From an uncultured delta proteobacterium (GTDB taxonomy: Bacteria; Myxococcota_A; Polyangia; Polyangiales; Polyangiaceae): DNA of 64,000 bases. The DNA lies in the NCBI GenBank assembly GCA_963696385.1, contig CAVOKF010000008.1:224001-288000 (forward strand), read 5' to 3'. The first letter of the stretch is position 1. Every line of letters starts with the position of its first letter. The notes beneath the pieces were generated by a model. The model did not search any database. It saw nothing but the letters and a program-made list of their open reading frames with translations, and was not told the origin of the DNA. Positions 28,945 through 39,500 of the stretch are shown here, in pieces. The translations under genes were made by a program, and so were the position numbers.

Positions 28945-29889
28945 TTACGCAAAAAGAGAACTCACGCTGTCGGAGCTGTGAATTCGCTTGATGGCTTCGC
29001 CGAGCAGGCGGGCGATCGAGAGTTGCTGAATCTTGGAGCAGCCTTTGGCCTCGTCGGAGAGGGCGATCGAGTCGCTCACGATGACCTCGGCCAGCGGCGA
29101 GTCGACAATCCGCTCGACGGCGGGACCGGAAAGCACGCCGTGGGTCGCGCACGCCACGACGCGTCGCGCTCCTTTGTCCGCCAACACGCGGGCAGCGCCA
29201 CTGAGGGTGCCGGCCGTGTCGATCAGATCGTCGATGATGATGCAGTCCTTGCCCTTCACCTCTCCGATGAGGTTCATCACCTCCGAAATGTTGGCGCGTT
29301 CACGCCGCTTGTCGATGATGGCCAGGCTCGCGTTCAACCGTTTCGAGTAGGCGCGGGTTCGCTCGACCCCGCCGGCGTCCGGGGAGACGAAGACGGCGGA
29401 CGAATCGAATCGCTTCTTCAAGTAGTCTTCGAGAAATACCGGCATGGCGTAGAGGTGATCGACGGGGATGTTGAAGAAGCCCTGAATCTGGCCGGCGTGC
29501 AGATCCACCGAAACGACCCGGCCGACGCCCGACGCCTGGATCAAGTCGGCGACGAGCTTCGCGGTGATGGGTGTGCGCGGCGCGACCTTTCGGTCTTGGC
29601 GCGCGTAGCCATAGTAGGGGATGACCGCCGTAATCGACCCCGCGGACGCACGGCGAAGCGCGTCCGCCATGATGAGCAACTCCATGACGTTGTCGTTGGT
29701 CGGGCTGCTGGTCGGTTGGATCACGAACGCATCGACGCCCCGAACGTTTTCGCCGATCTCGACGAAACTCTCGCCATCGCTGAACCGCGTCACCTTGCAT
29801 TTGCCCAGCGGCGTTTCGAGGTATTGCGCGATGGCAACCGCCAGGGGTTGGTTTGCGTTGCCGGAAAAGAGGCAAACCTTCTTGAACAC
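28945..29889 (-). CDS. prs: Ribose-phosphate pyrophosphokinase
   Basis: [42 protein letters not shown]. Confidence 0.98.
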   Translation of the reverse strand: MFKKVCLFSGNANQPLAVAIAQYLETPLGKCKVTRFSDGESFVEIGENVRGVDAFVIQPTSSPTNDNVMELLIMADALRRASAGSITAVIPYYGYARQDRKVAPRTPITAKLVADLIQASGVGRVVSVDLHAGQIQGFFNIPVDHLYAMPVFLEDYLKKRFDSSAVFVSPDAGGVERTRAYSKRLNASLAIIDKRRERANISEVMNLIGEVKGKDCIIIDDLIDTAGTLSGAARVLADKGARRVVACATHGVLSGPAVERIVDSPLAEVIVSDSIALSDEAKGCSKIQQLSIARLLGEAIKRIHSSDSVSSLFA

Positions 29890-29985
29890 TCGTGAACCTC
29901 CCCGAATCTGTGGGCTGGATCCGGGCTCATCGGCCCGTGCGACGTGAGTCGAGCCGTCTCGTTACCGCTTGTCAACGGTTACGCG

Positions 29986-31050
29986 TCAACGCAGCATCGC
30001 GGCGCACTCCCCTTTTGGACCGCTCTGACCCTTGCTCACGCAATCCTGGTAGCAGCGACGCGCTTGCCGCAGATCGCCTTTCTGTTGGTAGGCCGCCCCG
30101 AGAATGAGCCACGCCTCGGCGTCGCCCGGATCCATCGCGGTCGCAGTCTGCCCCGCGGCGATGGCGGTCGCGATCCTGCCACGTTCGAGCGCTTCACGGG
30201 CTCGCTCTCTCTGTCGGACCGCCTCCGTGCCGGCGCTTTCCTTGCTTTTCCCGCGCAGAGCGGGACGCGTTGCGACCGGGAGCGGCCGAGCCGCAGCGAC
30301 CGGAAGCGCCGGACGGGCTTCGACCGGGACCGCCAGAGGCGTCGTGATCGCGGCCGGCGCCGACTGAGGCGCTTCGGCCGAGACCGCCGCAGGCACCGCG
30401 ACCGGGGGCAAGGCAGGCACTTCGGCGGGGGCCGCCGCAGACAACGCGACGCTGGACGCCGGCTCGATGGCCTGAACGACCGGGGCTTGCGTAGACACAA
30501 GCGCAAGCCCAGCCGGTGCATCGTGGCGGAATGCGGCGCCTTGACTCACAGTGTGAGTGATCAGGCCCTTGGCGATCGCGACCCCACACAGCGCCGCCGA
30601 AAACGCGATCGCGCCCTGAACCCATTTCGTCAGTCGCGCGCGCCGCGATGCGGCTTGCGCCGAGAAAGTCCGCGCCGCGCCGCTCTCGCTGGCTTCGGCA
30701 TCGAACGGATCCCAAGAAGGTTCGAAAAACCTCGAATCGAGGTCGCACATGGGGGCAAGGCTCGAGTCCTCGTTGCTCGATGGGCCTTCCGCTTCGACGT
30801 CGCCCACCGACGCCGGGATCGAATCCGCGATACTCGAGGGAGCCTCTGCGTCGAGCGCGCGCGCCGGCGCAAGGGGCGAATCCGGGTGGATCGCTGAAAC
30901 GTCCGTTGCCGCGCGCGCTCCTGGCTCAGCCGGAGCCGTGGGGACCGAGACGAACGATGTCGTCCCGGCGGCCGCTTCGGGGACCGGCACGGAGCCCATA
31001 CCGGAGGCGTGTCCCCTCTTTCGCTTCGCGCGGTTTCTTTTTCGGCCCAT
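29986..31050 (-). CDS. Bitopic membrane protein with low-complexity regions and C-terminal TPR
   Basis: Start MGRKRNR after a GAGG, acidic N-region, TM (WVQGAIAFSAALCGVAIA), TPR (DPGDAEAWLILGAAYQQKG), C-terminal C..C pair. Confidence 0.75.
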   Translation of the reverse strand: MGRKRNRAKRKRGHASGMGSVPVPEAAAGTTSFVSVPTAPAEPGARAATDVSAIHPDSPLAPARALDAEAPSSIADSIPASVGDVEAEGPSSNEDSSLAPMCDLDSRFFEPSWDPFDAEASESGAARTFSAQAASRRARLTKWVQGAIAFSAALCGVAIAKGLITHTVSQGAAFRHDAPAGLALVSTQAPVVQAIEPASSVALSAAAPAEVPALPPVAVPAAVSAEAPQSAPAAITTPLAVPVEARPALPVAAARPLPVATRPALRGKSKESAGTEAVRQRERAREALERGRIATAIAAGQTATAMDPGDAEAWLILGAAYQQKGDLRQARRCYQDCVSKGQSGPKGECAAMLR

Positions 31051-31225
31051 TTCCACGACCTCTTCCTGAGTTTTTCCGCGCTGGTACGCTCGACGCCATC
31101 CGGGTCGGGCGGCCAAAGAGCGAGCCGCCAATCACCACAGTACCCGGCCGAGCCGTTTGCGCGTCAGGACCGACGGCCAAAAAACGGCAAGTCGCGCATC
31201 GGGGGCCCATGAGCGATGCTCTCGC

Positions 31226-32404
31226 ATGATCGTGCGGGAGATCGTCCTGAGACAACCGGCTGCGGCCGACCGCATTGCACGCGGACATCCGTGGGTCTGG
31301 CGAGAGGCTATCGCCCGCGGTCTCGACGGGGTGGCGGCCGGTGACGAGGTCCAGGTGAGGGCGCCGGACCAGACGCCCATCGGCCGAGGATTGGCCGACC
31401 CGATGTCCCCGATTGCCGTCCGGATGTGGACGACCGGCACGGCCCCGATCGACCCGAGTCTCTGGAGGACGCGTGCCGAGCAAGCGTGCCGGCTTCGAAC
31501 GCTCCTCGTCGCCGGGACGAAGACGGACGCATACCGAGTCGTTCACGGCGAGGGCGATCGAATGCCCGGATGGGTCGTGGATCGCTATGCAACGGTCGCG
31601 GTCGCCCGCGCCGACGGCACCGCCGCCGCGCAGCGGCTCGGGGATCTCGCCGACGCCCTTTGGCCGATGCTCCAGTCGCGGGGCGTTCGCTCACTGATCC
31701 ACCGCAGCGGGGCCAAGGGAGAAGCGCCTCGGTTCGACATCGTCCGCGGCGAGCGTCCTGCCGACCGCGTGACCGTCGAAGAGAGAGGAGTTCCGTTCGT
31801 CGTCGACTGGGTCCACGGCCAAAAGACAGGGGCATTTCTCGACCAGAGAGAGAACCGTGTTCGTGTCGGCGAGCTCGCACGCGGCCGGCGAGTGCTCAAC
31901 CTTTTTTCGTACGCGGGGGGGTTCTCCGTACACGCCGCGCTCGGAGGTGCGACCCATGTGACGAGCGTCGACGTCGCCGCAGCCGCCCACGCCACCGCGC
32001 AGGCGAGTTTTCGGTCGGCGTCGATCGACCCCGCGGCCCACGCATTCGTCGTGGCCGACGTTCAATCGTTCCTCGACGCCGCCCGTGTGAGGGGGCTCCG
32101 GTGGGACCTCATCATCAGCGACCCACCGAGCTTCGCGCCGAGCGAGCGAGCCTTGCCGCGAGCTCTCGCGGCCTACCGCACCTTGCACCGCGGCTGCGCG
32201 GCCGTGCTGGCCGACGGAGGGATCTTTTGCGCCTCGTCGTGTTCGAGTCACGTCGATGCGGCGGCGTTCCTCGGCACGCTCGACGACGCGGCGTTGGGCG
32301 GCCGCCTGCTCGCCGTGCTGGAAATGAGAGGGGCCGGACCGGACCATCCGACGCTCGCCGCGTTTCCCGAAGGGCGATATCTGAAGTTTGCGATCTTGGG
32401 CTGA
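31226..32404 (+). CDS. RlmI-like PUA + class I SAM-dependent rRNA methyltransferase
   Basis: RGHPWVW, YRVVHGEGD, GQKTGAFLDQRENR, VLNLFSYAGGFS, ISDPPSFA, EGRYLK. Confidence 0.9.
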   Translation: MIVREIVLRQPAAADRIARGHPWVWREAIARGLDGVAAGDEVQVRAPDQTPIGRGLADPMSPIAVRMWTTGTAPIDPSLWRTRAEQACRLRTLLVAGTKTDAYRVVHGEGDRMPGWVVDRYATVAVARADGTAAAQRLGDLADALWPMLQSRGVRSLIHRSGAKGEAPRFDIVRGERPADRVTVEERGVPFVVDWVHGQKTGAFLDQRENRVRVGELARGRRVLNLFSYAGGFSVHAALGGATHVTSVDVAAAAHATAQASFRSASIDPAAHAFVVADVQSFLDAARVRGLRWDLIISDPPSFAPSERALPRALAAYRTLHRGCAAVLADGGIFCASSCSSHVDAAAFLGTLDDAALGGRLLAVLEMRGAGPDHPTLAAFPEGRYLKFAILG

Positions 32405-32410
32405 CCTGGG

Positions 32411-32995
32411 TCAGCGACGCTCGAGCTCGTAAAACTGCGCGGCGCCGCCGAGCACGTGATAGACGCCGCAGCCGAGGGGTTCGAAGTAGCGAGCGAGACT
32501 GCGCCGGTAGAATGCCGCGGGGCGCGCCAGAACGCGCACGTCGGTGCGAGATCGGTCGCAGACGTCACGCAAATCACGCGCGGTAACCGCCTCGACGTAC
32601 AGAAAGCCCCGGCACATGGCGGCCATGTTGGCGATGGCTCGGTCGCAGTCGCGGTCCGGCAAATACGGCAGTACGCCCTGGCACACGACGAGATCGTATT
32701 TGGTGCGCCCACGCCACTTGGCAATGTCGCGCCGCTCGTGGCCGTATTTCTCGCACGCGTAGTCGCTCACGTCGATCGAGCGGTACTGGACAGCCGGCAT
32801 GTGGGTCCGAAACCACCGGCCCCAGAGTCCGATGCCGGCCCCGACGTCGAGCACGCGCTCGATCTCGCAGCCGAACCACTGCGCGAAACCAGTGACGCCG
32901 CTCGCGAGGCCGCCGATCTGATCGGCATCGTAGACACGCGACCGGCGCGACTCGTAAAACCGCCGGAAGTACGAGCCGTCGAACGAGACGCTCAT
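32411..32995 (-). CDS. Class I SAM-dependent methyltransferase
   Basis: VLDVGAGIG motif I, YDLVVCQGVL. Start MSVSFDGSYF. Confidence 0.85.
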   Translation of the reverse strand: MSVSFDGSYFRRFYESRRSRVYDADQIGGLASGVTGFAQWFGCEIERVLDVGAGIGLWGRWFRTHMPAVQYRSIDVSDYACEKYGHERRDIAKWRGRTKYDLVVCQGVLPYLPDRDCDRAIANMAAMCRGFLYVEAVTARDLRDVCDRSRTDVRVLARPAAFYRRSLARYFEPLGCGVYHVLGGAAQFYELERR

Positions 32996-33149
32996 CCGAC
33001 GAACGTCTAGCAGCTCCGCCGCGCCACCGGACCCCCAAAAACGTGCCGGCCGAGCTCCAGTGACATGGACGCGTCGGCGTGGATTGGCTACCTTCGGCAC
33101 GCCGGTCGCGAGTTCGTATGCACACCGCAAGATGGATGAGCGGACGACG

Positions 33150-33443
33150 ATGACCACCCGCCTGTACGTGGGCAATCTGTCGCACGACGCAACGGCTGAG
33201 ACGCTGCGGGCCGCATTCGGACTGTACGGCGAAGTCGTGGACGTTCACGTCTTGATCGACCGATACAGCGGGCGCCCGCGCGGGTTCGCGTTCGTCACGA
33301 TGGCCTCGCACGAACAGGCGGATCAGGCCATCGCGCGGATGAACGGCACGATGTTCGAAGGGCGTCCGCTGCGGGTGAGCGAAGCGGAGTCGGGCCCCTC
33401 GCACGCGACCGGTGGTCCGGGCGGCCCAGCGCGCCATCGGTGA
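33150..33443 (+). CDS. RRM (RNP-1) RNA-binding protein
   Basis: RLYVGNL (RNP2), RGFAFVTM (RNP1), LRVSEA. Confidence 0.93.
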   Translation: MTTRLYVGNLSHDATAETLRAAFGLYGEVVDVHVLIDRYSGRPRGFAFVTMASHEQADQAIARMNGTMFEGRPLRVSEAESGPSHATGGPGGPARHR

Positions 33444-33447
33444 GGGG

Positions 33448-34599
33448 TCAGGCCGACGAGCAGATCGCGCGCACGTCGTCGTCGGTGAGCTCCCGCTTGC
33501 GGTCCGCGAGCGCCTGAAACGCCTTCAGCGCGCGGGCCAGATCGGCGCCGCCCAAATCGAAACCCAGAGCGCGAGCGCGGGCTTGAAACCCCGCCGTGCC
33601 CGAAAGCTTGCCGAGCACGATTTCGCTCCCGGTCGGGTGCCCGATCCGAGCCGGGTCGATGCACTCGAAGTTGAGGCGGTGCTTGAGTACGCCGTCCTGG
33701 TGAATGCCGGAGGCGTGGCGGAATGCGTTACGCCCGACGATCGCCTTGTTGGCCGGAACGGCTATGCCGCTTCGCTCTTCGACGAGCTTCGACAGCGGAT
33801 AAATGCCGGTGGTGTCGACGTCGGTGTGCACCCCGAGCGCTGCGCCGTGCACGGCGATCGCCATCACGACCTCTTCGAACGAGGTGTTGCCGGCGCGTTC
33901 GCCGATGCCGTTGACGCACAGTTCCACTTGCCGAGCGCCGGCGCGCACGGCCGCGAGCGCATTGGCCGATGCCATGCCCAGATCGTTCTGCCCGTGAAAC
34001 GACAGGACGGACCCCTCGATCTCGGGTACGGAGCGACGCAGATACCCAAACAGATCTTCGACTTGATGGGGAAGCGCGTAGCCGACCGTGTCGGGCACGT
34101 TGATCGTCCTGGCGCCCGCGAGCAGTGCCGCCCTGACGAGCTGAGCCAAAAAGCCCCTCTCGGCACGAGTCGCGTCCATCGGCGAGAACTCGACATCGCC
34201 CACCGCGCTGCGAGCCCGAGCGACCATGGCTGTCGCAAGCTGCAGCACCTCGTCACGGGTGCGCCTGAGCTGATGCTCGAGCTGCACGTCGCTCGAATTG
34301 ACGAACAAGTGGATGCGAGGGCGGGCCGCACCGGCGAGTGCCTCGGCAGCCGCGTCCACGTCGCCGGGAACGCATCGGGCAAGAGCGCAAACGCTGGCGG
34401 TCCTCACCGCGTGCGCGACGGCCCGAACCGCGCGTAGCTCGGCGGAGGAGGCCGCGGGGAATCCGGCCTCGATGACGTCCACGCGCATCGCGGCCAGCCG
34501 TTCGGCAATGTCGAGCTTGTCGCGATCCGTGAACAGGACGCCCGCGGACTGCTCGCCATCTCGCAACGTCGTGTCGAATACGATGACCCGTTCGGACAT
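33448..34599 (-). CDS. leuA: 2-isopropylmalate synthase, short form lacking the C-terminal allosteric domain
   Basis: FDTTLRDGEQS, IEAGFP, NVPDTVG, HGQNDLG, NGIGERAGN, HASGIHQDG, LGKLSG. Ends at 383 aa. Confidence 0.85.
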   Translation of the reverse strand: MSERVIVFDTTLRDGEQSAGVLFTDRDKLDIAERLAAMRVDVIEAGFPAASSAELRAVRAVAHAVRTASVCALARCVPGDVDAAAEALAGAARPRIHLFVNSSDVQLEHQLRRTRDEVLQLATAMVARARSAVGDVEFSPMDATRAERGFLAQLVRAALLAGARTINVPDTVGYALPHQVEDLFGYLRRSVPEIEGSVLSFHGQNDLGMASANALAAVRAGARQVELCVNGIGERAGNTSFEEVVMAIAVHGAALGVHTDVDTTGIYPLSKLVEERSGIAVPANKAIVGRNAFRHASGIHQDGVLKHRLNFECIDPARIGHPTGSEIVLGKLSGTAGFQARARALGFDLGGADLARALKAFQALADRKRELTDDDVRAICSSA

Positions 34600-34669
34600 G
34601 GCGGACGCCCGTAGCGCGAGGACCTCTCAGGCCAAGGTCTGTTATAGCGACCCCCCCCCTCTGTCAAAC

Positions 34670-35599
34670 TCACGCGCGTACGCGCAGGGCATTTCGCACC
34701 AAATCGACTTCGACCGGAAGCCCCCCCAACGGCTCGCCGTCGACGTCGAGCAAGAACACGCTGCGCGCTCGGTCGTTGGCGAGATCGATGCGGATTCGAT
34801 CGCATCCGAAATGCTTTACGCCGGGCGCCGCCAGATGCCGACCGCGATAGATGAGCCGCGAAAAAGCGACGAACGCAAGCTTGCTCGGCGCGTCCATGCA
34901 GATCACTTCGAAGCGCCCATCATCGGGCTCGGCCATCGGCGCGACGTGCATTCCTCCGCCGAAGTACTGCCCGTTGCAGATGGCAATCATGTACGCGGCG
35001 ACCTGCCGATCCTGGGCCACGCCGGTGAGGCTCGACGCGCAGGCGAGCTCACCGCGCTCGCACTCCGCAAGCGCGCGGGTGCTGGCCCACGCGTACGCGA
35101 AGGACCCTCCCCAACGCTTGGTCGTGCGAGCGACGTGGCGATCGACCAAACCGCCGATTCCCGCGGACAAGATGTTGACAAACCAGCGGGTTCGCGATGT
35201 GCCGTCGGGCGCACGGAACGTGACCTTGCCGACGTCGATCGTCCGATCGCGCCCGCGCGCGATGGCGTCGACGTACCGATCGAGCCGGTGATCGATCCCG
35301 ATCGTCCGCCGGAAGTCACCTCCGGTCCCTTGCCCGACGTAGCCGACCGCCGTGTCGCCGGGACCCGCGAGCACCCCGTTGGCGACCTCGTGCAGCGTTC
35401 CGTCGCCCCCGACGGCGATGACGAGCTTTCGCCCCTCCCGGGCCGCCGCGAGCGACAGATCGATGGCGTGGCCGGGCCGCGCGGTGGCCAGCACGTCGAC
35501 GGGGCCCAGACGCCGCTCCAGGACCTGTTGGACCTGCGGAAACACACGACCGGCCCTGCCGCCGGCGGCGTGCGGATTGACGACGACGAGCGGACGCAC
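34670..35599 (-). CDS. Diacylglycerol/lipid kinase family protein (YegS/DgkB-like)
   Basis: VVNPHAAGG, GGDGT, GTGGDF, NGQYFGGG, DVDGE. Confidence 0.92.
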   Translation of the reverse strand: MRPLVVVNPHAAGGRAGRVFPQVQQVLERRLGPVDVLATARPGHAIDLSLAAAREGRKLVIAVGGDGTLHEVANGVLAGPGDTAVGYVGQGTGGDFRRTIGIDHRLDRYVDAIARGRDRTIDVGKVTFRAPDGTSRTRWFVNILSAGIGGLVDRHVARTTKRWGGSFAYAWASTRALAECERGELACASSLTGVAQDRQVAAYMIAICNGQYFGGGMHVAPMAEPDDGRFEVICMDAPSKLAFVAFSRLIYRGRHLAAPGVKHFGCDRIRIDLANDRARSVFLLDVDGEPLGGLPVEVDLVRNALRVRA

Positions 35600-35610
35600 C
35601 GATCGGACCC

Positions 35611-36576
35611 TCAGTCGTCCCGCGGCCAGACGACGCCACGCACCCGCAGATCCTCGACCGTCTCGTAAAGCGTCACGTTGGGGTCACGAGCGGTCCAGCC
35701 GAGATCGACCCGCGCCTTGGTCGCATCGACGTACCAAAAGCATTGAGCCATATCGGCCGTCGCCTCGTCCACGGGAGAAGCCATCCCGAGGCGCGACGTC
35801 AGGCGATCGAGCCAAGACGCTCCCAGGCGAACGACTTCGCGAGACCGCGGAAGAGAAAGCCACGGCGCCGCGACACCCGAGACGCGAGCCAGCCGGTTCA
35901 GAAATTCCCGCATCGTCAGGTTGCAGCCGCCGATCAGGTACCGCTCGCCCGGCCGTCCGCGGTCCATCGCCAAGCGCAACGCCTGCGCTGCGTCGCGAAC
36001 GTCCACGAAGGACAGACCTCCCGCCGGAATCGCCCCGACCCGTCCCTCGAGAAATGTCCGAACGTCGCCCGTCGAGGAGCCGTTTACGTCTCCGGGGCCC
36101 AATAAGAGGCTCGGGTTGACGGAGACCACGTCGAACGCCTCGCGGCCGCGCGCCAATGCGAGCTGTTCGGCGAAGAGCTTCGCACGGTAGTAGGGCCAAC
36201 GCCCGATGAGACCGATCGGCGTCGCGGCGGTCTCGTCCAGAACGGGCACGGGCCTCTCGCTCACGGCCACCGTGCCGCTCGTGGACGCGATGACCACCCG
36301 CTTTACGCCCGCCGCCTGACATGCGTCGAGCACACTTCGAGTCCCCTCGACGTGGGTGCGGTAGAGCAACTCGGCGTCCGACGGCTTGCGCGACACCTTG
36401 CCGGCGCAGTGAAACGCACCGTCGCACTTGTGGGCGGCGCGTCGGACGCTCTCGGGATCCAGTACGTCGCCACCGCTCGATCGCGCGAAGCCGACGACCT
36501 CGTGACCCCGTGCTTTCAGATCCCGCACCAAGTGGGTTCCGAGAAATCCGGTCGAGCCGGTCACGAGATACTTCAC
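35611..36576 (-). CDS. elbE: NAD-dependent epimerase/dehydratase, ElbE-like
   Basis: LVTGSTGFLG, YxxxK (YYRAK), GTG start overlapping the elbD stop. Confidence 0.8.
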   Translation of the reverse strand: MKYLVTGSTGFLGTHLVRDLKARGHEVVGFARSSGGDVLDPESVRRAAHKCDGAFHCAGKVSRKPSDAELLYRTHVEGTRSVLDACQAAGVKRVVIASTSGTVAVSERPVPVLDETAATPIGLIGRWPYYRAKLFAEQLALARGREAFDVVSVNPSLLLGPGDVNGSSTGDVRTFLEGRVGAIPAGGLSFVDVRDAAQALRLAMDRGRPGERYLIGGCNLTMREFLNRLARVSGVAAPWLSLPRSREVVRLGASWLDRLTSRLGMASPVDEATADMAQCFWYVDATKARVDLGWTARDPNVTLYETVEDLRVRGVVWPRDD

Positions 36577-39500
36577 GACGCCTGATCGAGCTGGAACACC
36601 TTCTGGAACGTCATGAGCAGCGTCGGGTCGTTCGACTTGAAGGCACCGGAAAGAAAGTCGGCCGCGCTGGGCACGTACGCTTCGCGCACGATTTTGGCAA
36701 ACATCTCCGGGCTCGTCTTGAGCACGCAGTCGGCCTGACCGCCTTCGGGCTTTCCGGGGCGGACGTCGCACCCGTGCGAATCCACGCGCACGGTCCACTT
36801 GGCGAGGTCATCGCTGCCCAACGTGACATAGTAACTGACGGGCCGTTCGATCTCGCCGGCGCGGAACTTGGCGCCGAGCTCCGAGAAGAGTCGGACCAGC
36901 GGATGCACGCGTTCGTCCGGGACACCGCGCCCCGGCTGCGCGCGGGCGAGGTCGAGCACCCCGCCGTCGCGAAGCGCCGTGACGGCGGCCTGGGCCAGCC
37001 TGGCGACCTCGCGAGCCGCCTCCGCGGGCGTCATCCTCGTAGTGATCCGCCGCAGATCATCGATGCACAGCGGTGGACCGATGCGCGCGATCGAGATCGC
37101 GCCGCGTCGGAACGTGCGCGCCCTTGCGCATCGCGGCGTGAGTCCCCCCGAGGTGGATGGGAAGGATGTCGATTCCGTGAACGAGCGCCAGATGGCCGAC
37201 CATGGGCTTGAACGCCTGCATCTCGCCGGTCGGACTGCGGGTTCCCTCTGGGAAGATGAGGACCGTCTTGCCTTGCTCGATGACGTCGCTCGCCTGGCGG
37301 ATCGATTGGCGGAGCGACGCACGGCGGTCGATCGGCTTGAGATTGGTCAGGTTCTCGAAGAAAGCTCGGGTGATCCCGCTTTCGAAAAAGTAGTCCTGCG
37401 CCGCAAGCGAGACGATGCCGTCGCCGTACGTGCCGAGCGCGTGCCGCACGAGGCCCATGTCCAGATGGCTGGCGTGGTTGGCCACGACGATGACGCTGCG
37501 GTTGTGCGGGATGTGCGATTGACCAGAAACCCGAGGATTCATCAGGTCTCGATAGAAGACATCCTGCAGCTTGCCGACGAGGACCTTGCCGATCGCCCGA
37601 GCCGGCTCCGGAAGAACCATCGGGCTTTCGGTCGCGCGAGCGATCGGCGGACCGTCGCGATCCGCACCCCCGTCCTGTCGACTCGACAGTCGCTCGACGT
37701 CGGCCACTGTGACGCACGATTGAAGGTGTTGGGGGTCGACGGCACCGACGCGCGCCTCGAGGACCTCGAGTAGCTCGGTCAGCATCAGCGAATCGAAGCC
37801 GAGATCGCCCTGCAGAAGCGTCGCGCCCCGGATCCGATCGACCGGGACACCGCCGACGGTCGCGATGGCCGAGCGGACCGGGGTCGCTTCGCGGGATCGA
37901 TCTTCCGCGGGTGCGCTCGCGGTCATGATGCGCTGCAGGATGGCGCGGACCTCGTCGCGCTTGACCTTGCGCGTGGCCGTTCGCGGCAGTGGAGCTTCGT
38001 ACAAGTGCACGATCGCGGGGCGCTGCGACGCTGGCAGATCGTCGATCGCCTTTCGGAGGCTGCGACGCGCTCGTTCTCTCATCTGAGCACGCGGCATCGA
38101 TTCGTGATCCGAAGCAACGGCGAGGCACGCGAGCCTCTCCGCGCCTCGAGACGGCACGCCGACCACGGCGAGCTCCGCGACGTGACCCACGTCGCCGAGG
38201 CGGTGCTCGACGTCCTCCGGGTAGACGTTCTCGCCGGTCGGCGAGATGACGACGTTCTTGATGCGACCGACGATCTCGACGCAGCCGTTCGAGTCCATCC
38301 GGCCGAGATCGCCCGTGTGAAGCCAGCCGTCTCCGTCGATGGCGTCGCGTGTTGCGTCGGCATCGGTATAGCCGAGCATCACGTTCGGGCCCCGCGCGAC
38401 GACCTCGCCGATGCCACGGTCATCGGGTCGATCGATTCTCAGATCGACGCCGGGCACGGGCTTGCCCACGCCGGGGTCGAGTCGCAAACCAGGCCGCGCC
38501 ACGGCGAGGACCGGCGCAGCCTCGGTCAGCCCGTAGCCTTGGGTCAGACGCAGTCCCAAGCCACCGAAGAGCCGTTGGGTCTCGACGGGCAGAGCGGCAC
38601 CCCCGGAGATGAGCCAGCGGATGCTCCCTCCGAGCTCGGCATGAACCTCGCCGAACAGCACCCGGCCCGCATCGACCCCGAGGTTGGCCGCGAGCCAGCG
38701 GTTGACCTCGACCGCGGCATCGAATGCGGCACGCGCCATCGGGCCGCGAGCGTCCACGTCCGCCAGGATGCGTCGCTCGAGCAATTGCCAGAGCGCGGGG
38801 ACGCCGACCATCGCTTTGGCCTTGGACACGCGCAGAGCGCGCGTAATTTCCCCACCGCTCAGATCGGGCACGTACACGACGCGAGCTCCGCGCGACAGCG
38901 GCAGAAGCAGCCCGCACGTGAACTCGAACGTGTGATGCAAAGGCAACACGCTGACGACGGCGTCTCCTTCGCGAAGCGGAAACAACGGAGCCAATGCCGC
39001 AACGAGCGAAGTGAAATTGGCGTGAGTGAGCATGACGCCCTTGGGGCGTCCGGTCGTGCCGCTCGTAAACAAGATGCTGGCGACGTCGCCCGGCTCGGTG
39101 TCGATCAGCGGTGGATCGAGCCCATCGCTTGGTTCGACCGCAGCGTGAACGTCGAGCCATGCGAGATCCGGGCGATGAACGGCCAGATCGTGCTTCGCGG
39201 CGACGGTCTCGTCGCCCACGATCAGGCGCGCTCCGCTCTCCGCGAGCACGCCCGTCCAACCCGTCGCGTCGAGCGCGGGATCGACGGGAACCGCCGTGGC
39301 GCCGGCGCGCAGAATTCCAAAATAGGCGACCGCCCAGTCCGGATCGTTTTTTCCGCTCAGGGCCACGCGATCGCCGCGCCGCACGCCCCGATCTTCGAGC
39401 CGCGCAGCCATGGTGTCGGCGCCTCGCCGGATGTCGGCAAAGCTCACCCGCGTCAAGCCCTCGTCGGTCGACCGCTGCAGCGCAAGCGCGCCACCGTGCC

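Noticed and set aside
29890..29990. tRNA-Gln often found upstream of prs
   Set aside because: No cloverleaf or T-loop GTTCRA with proper stems is visible here. I recognised no tRNA or rRNA gene anywhere in the window by eye.
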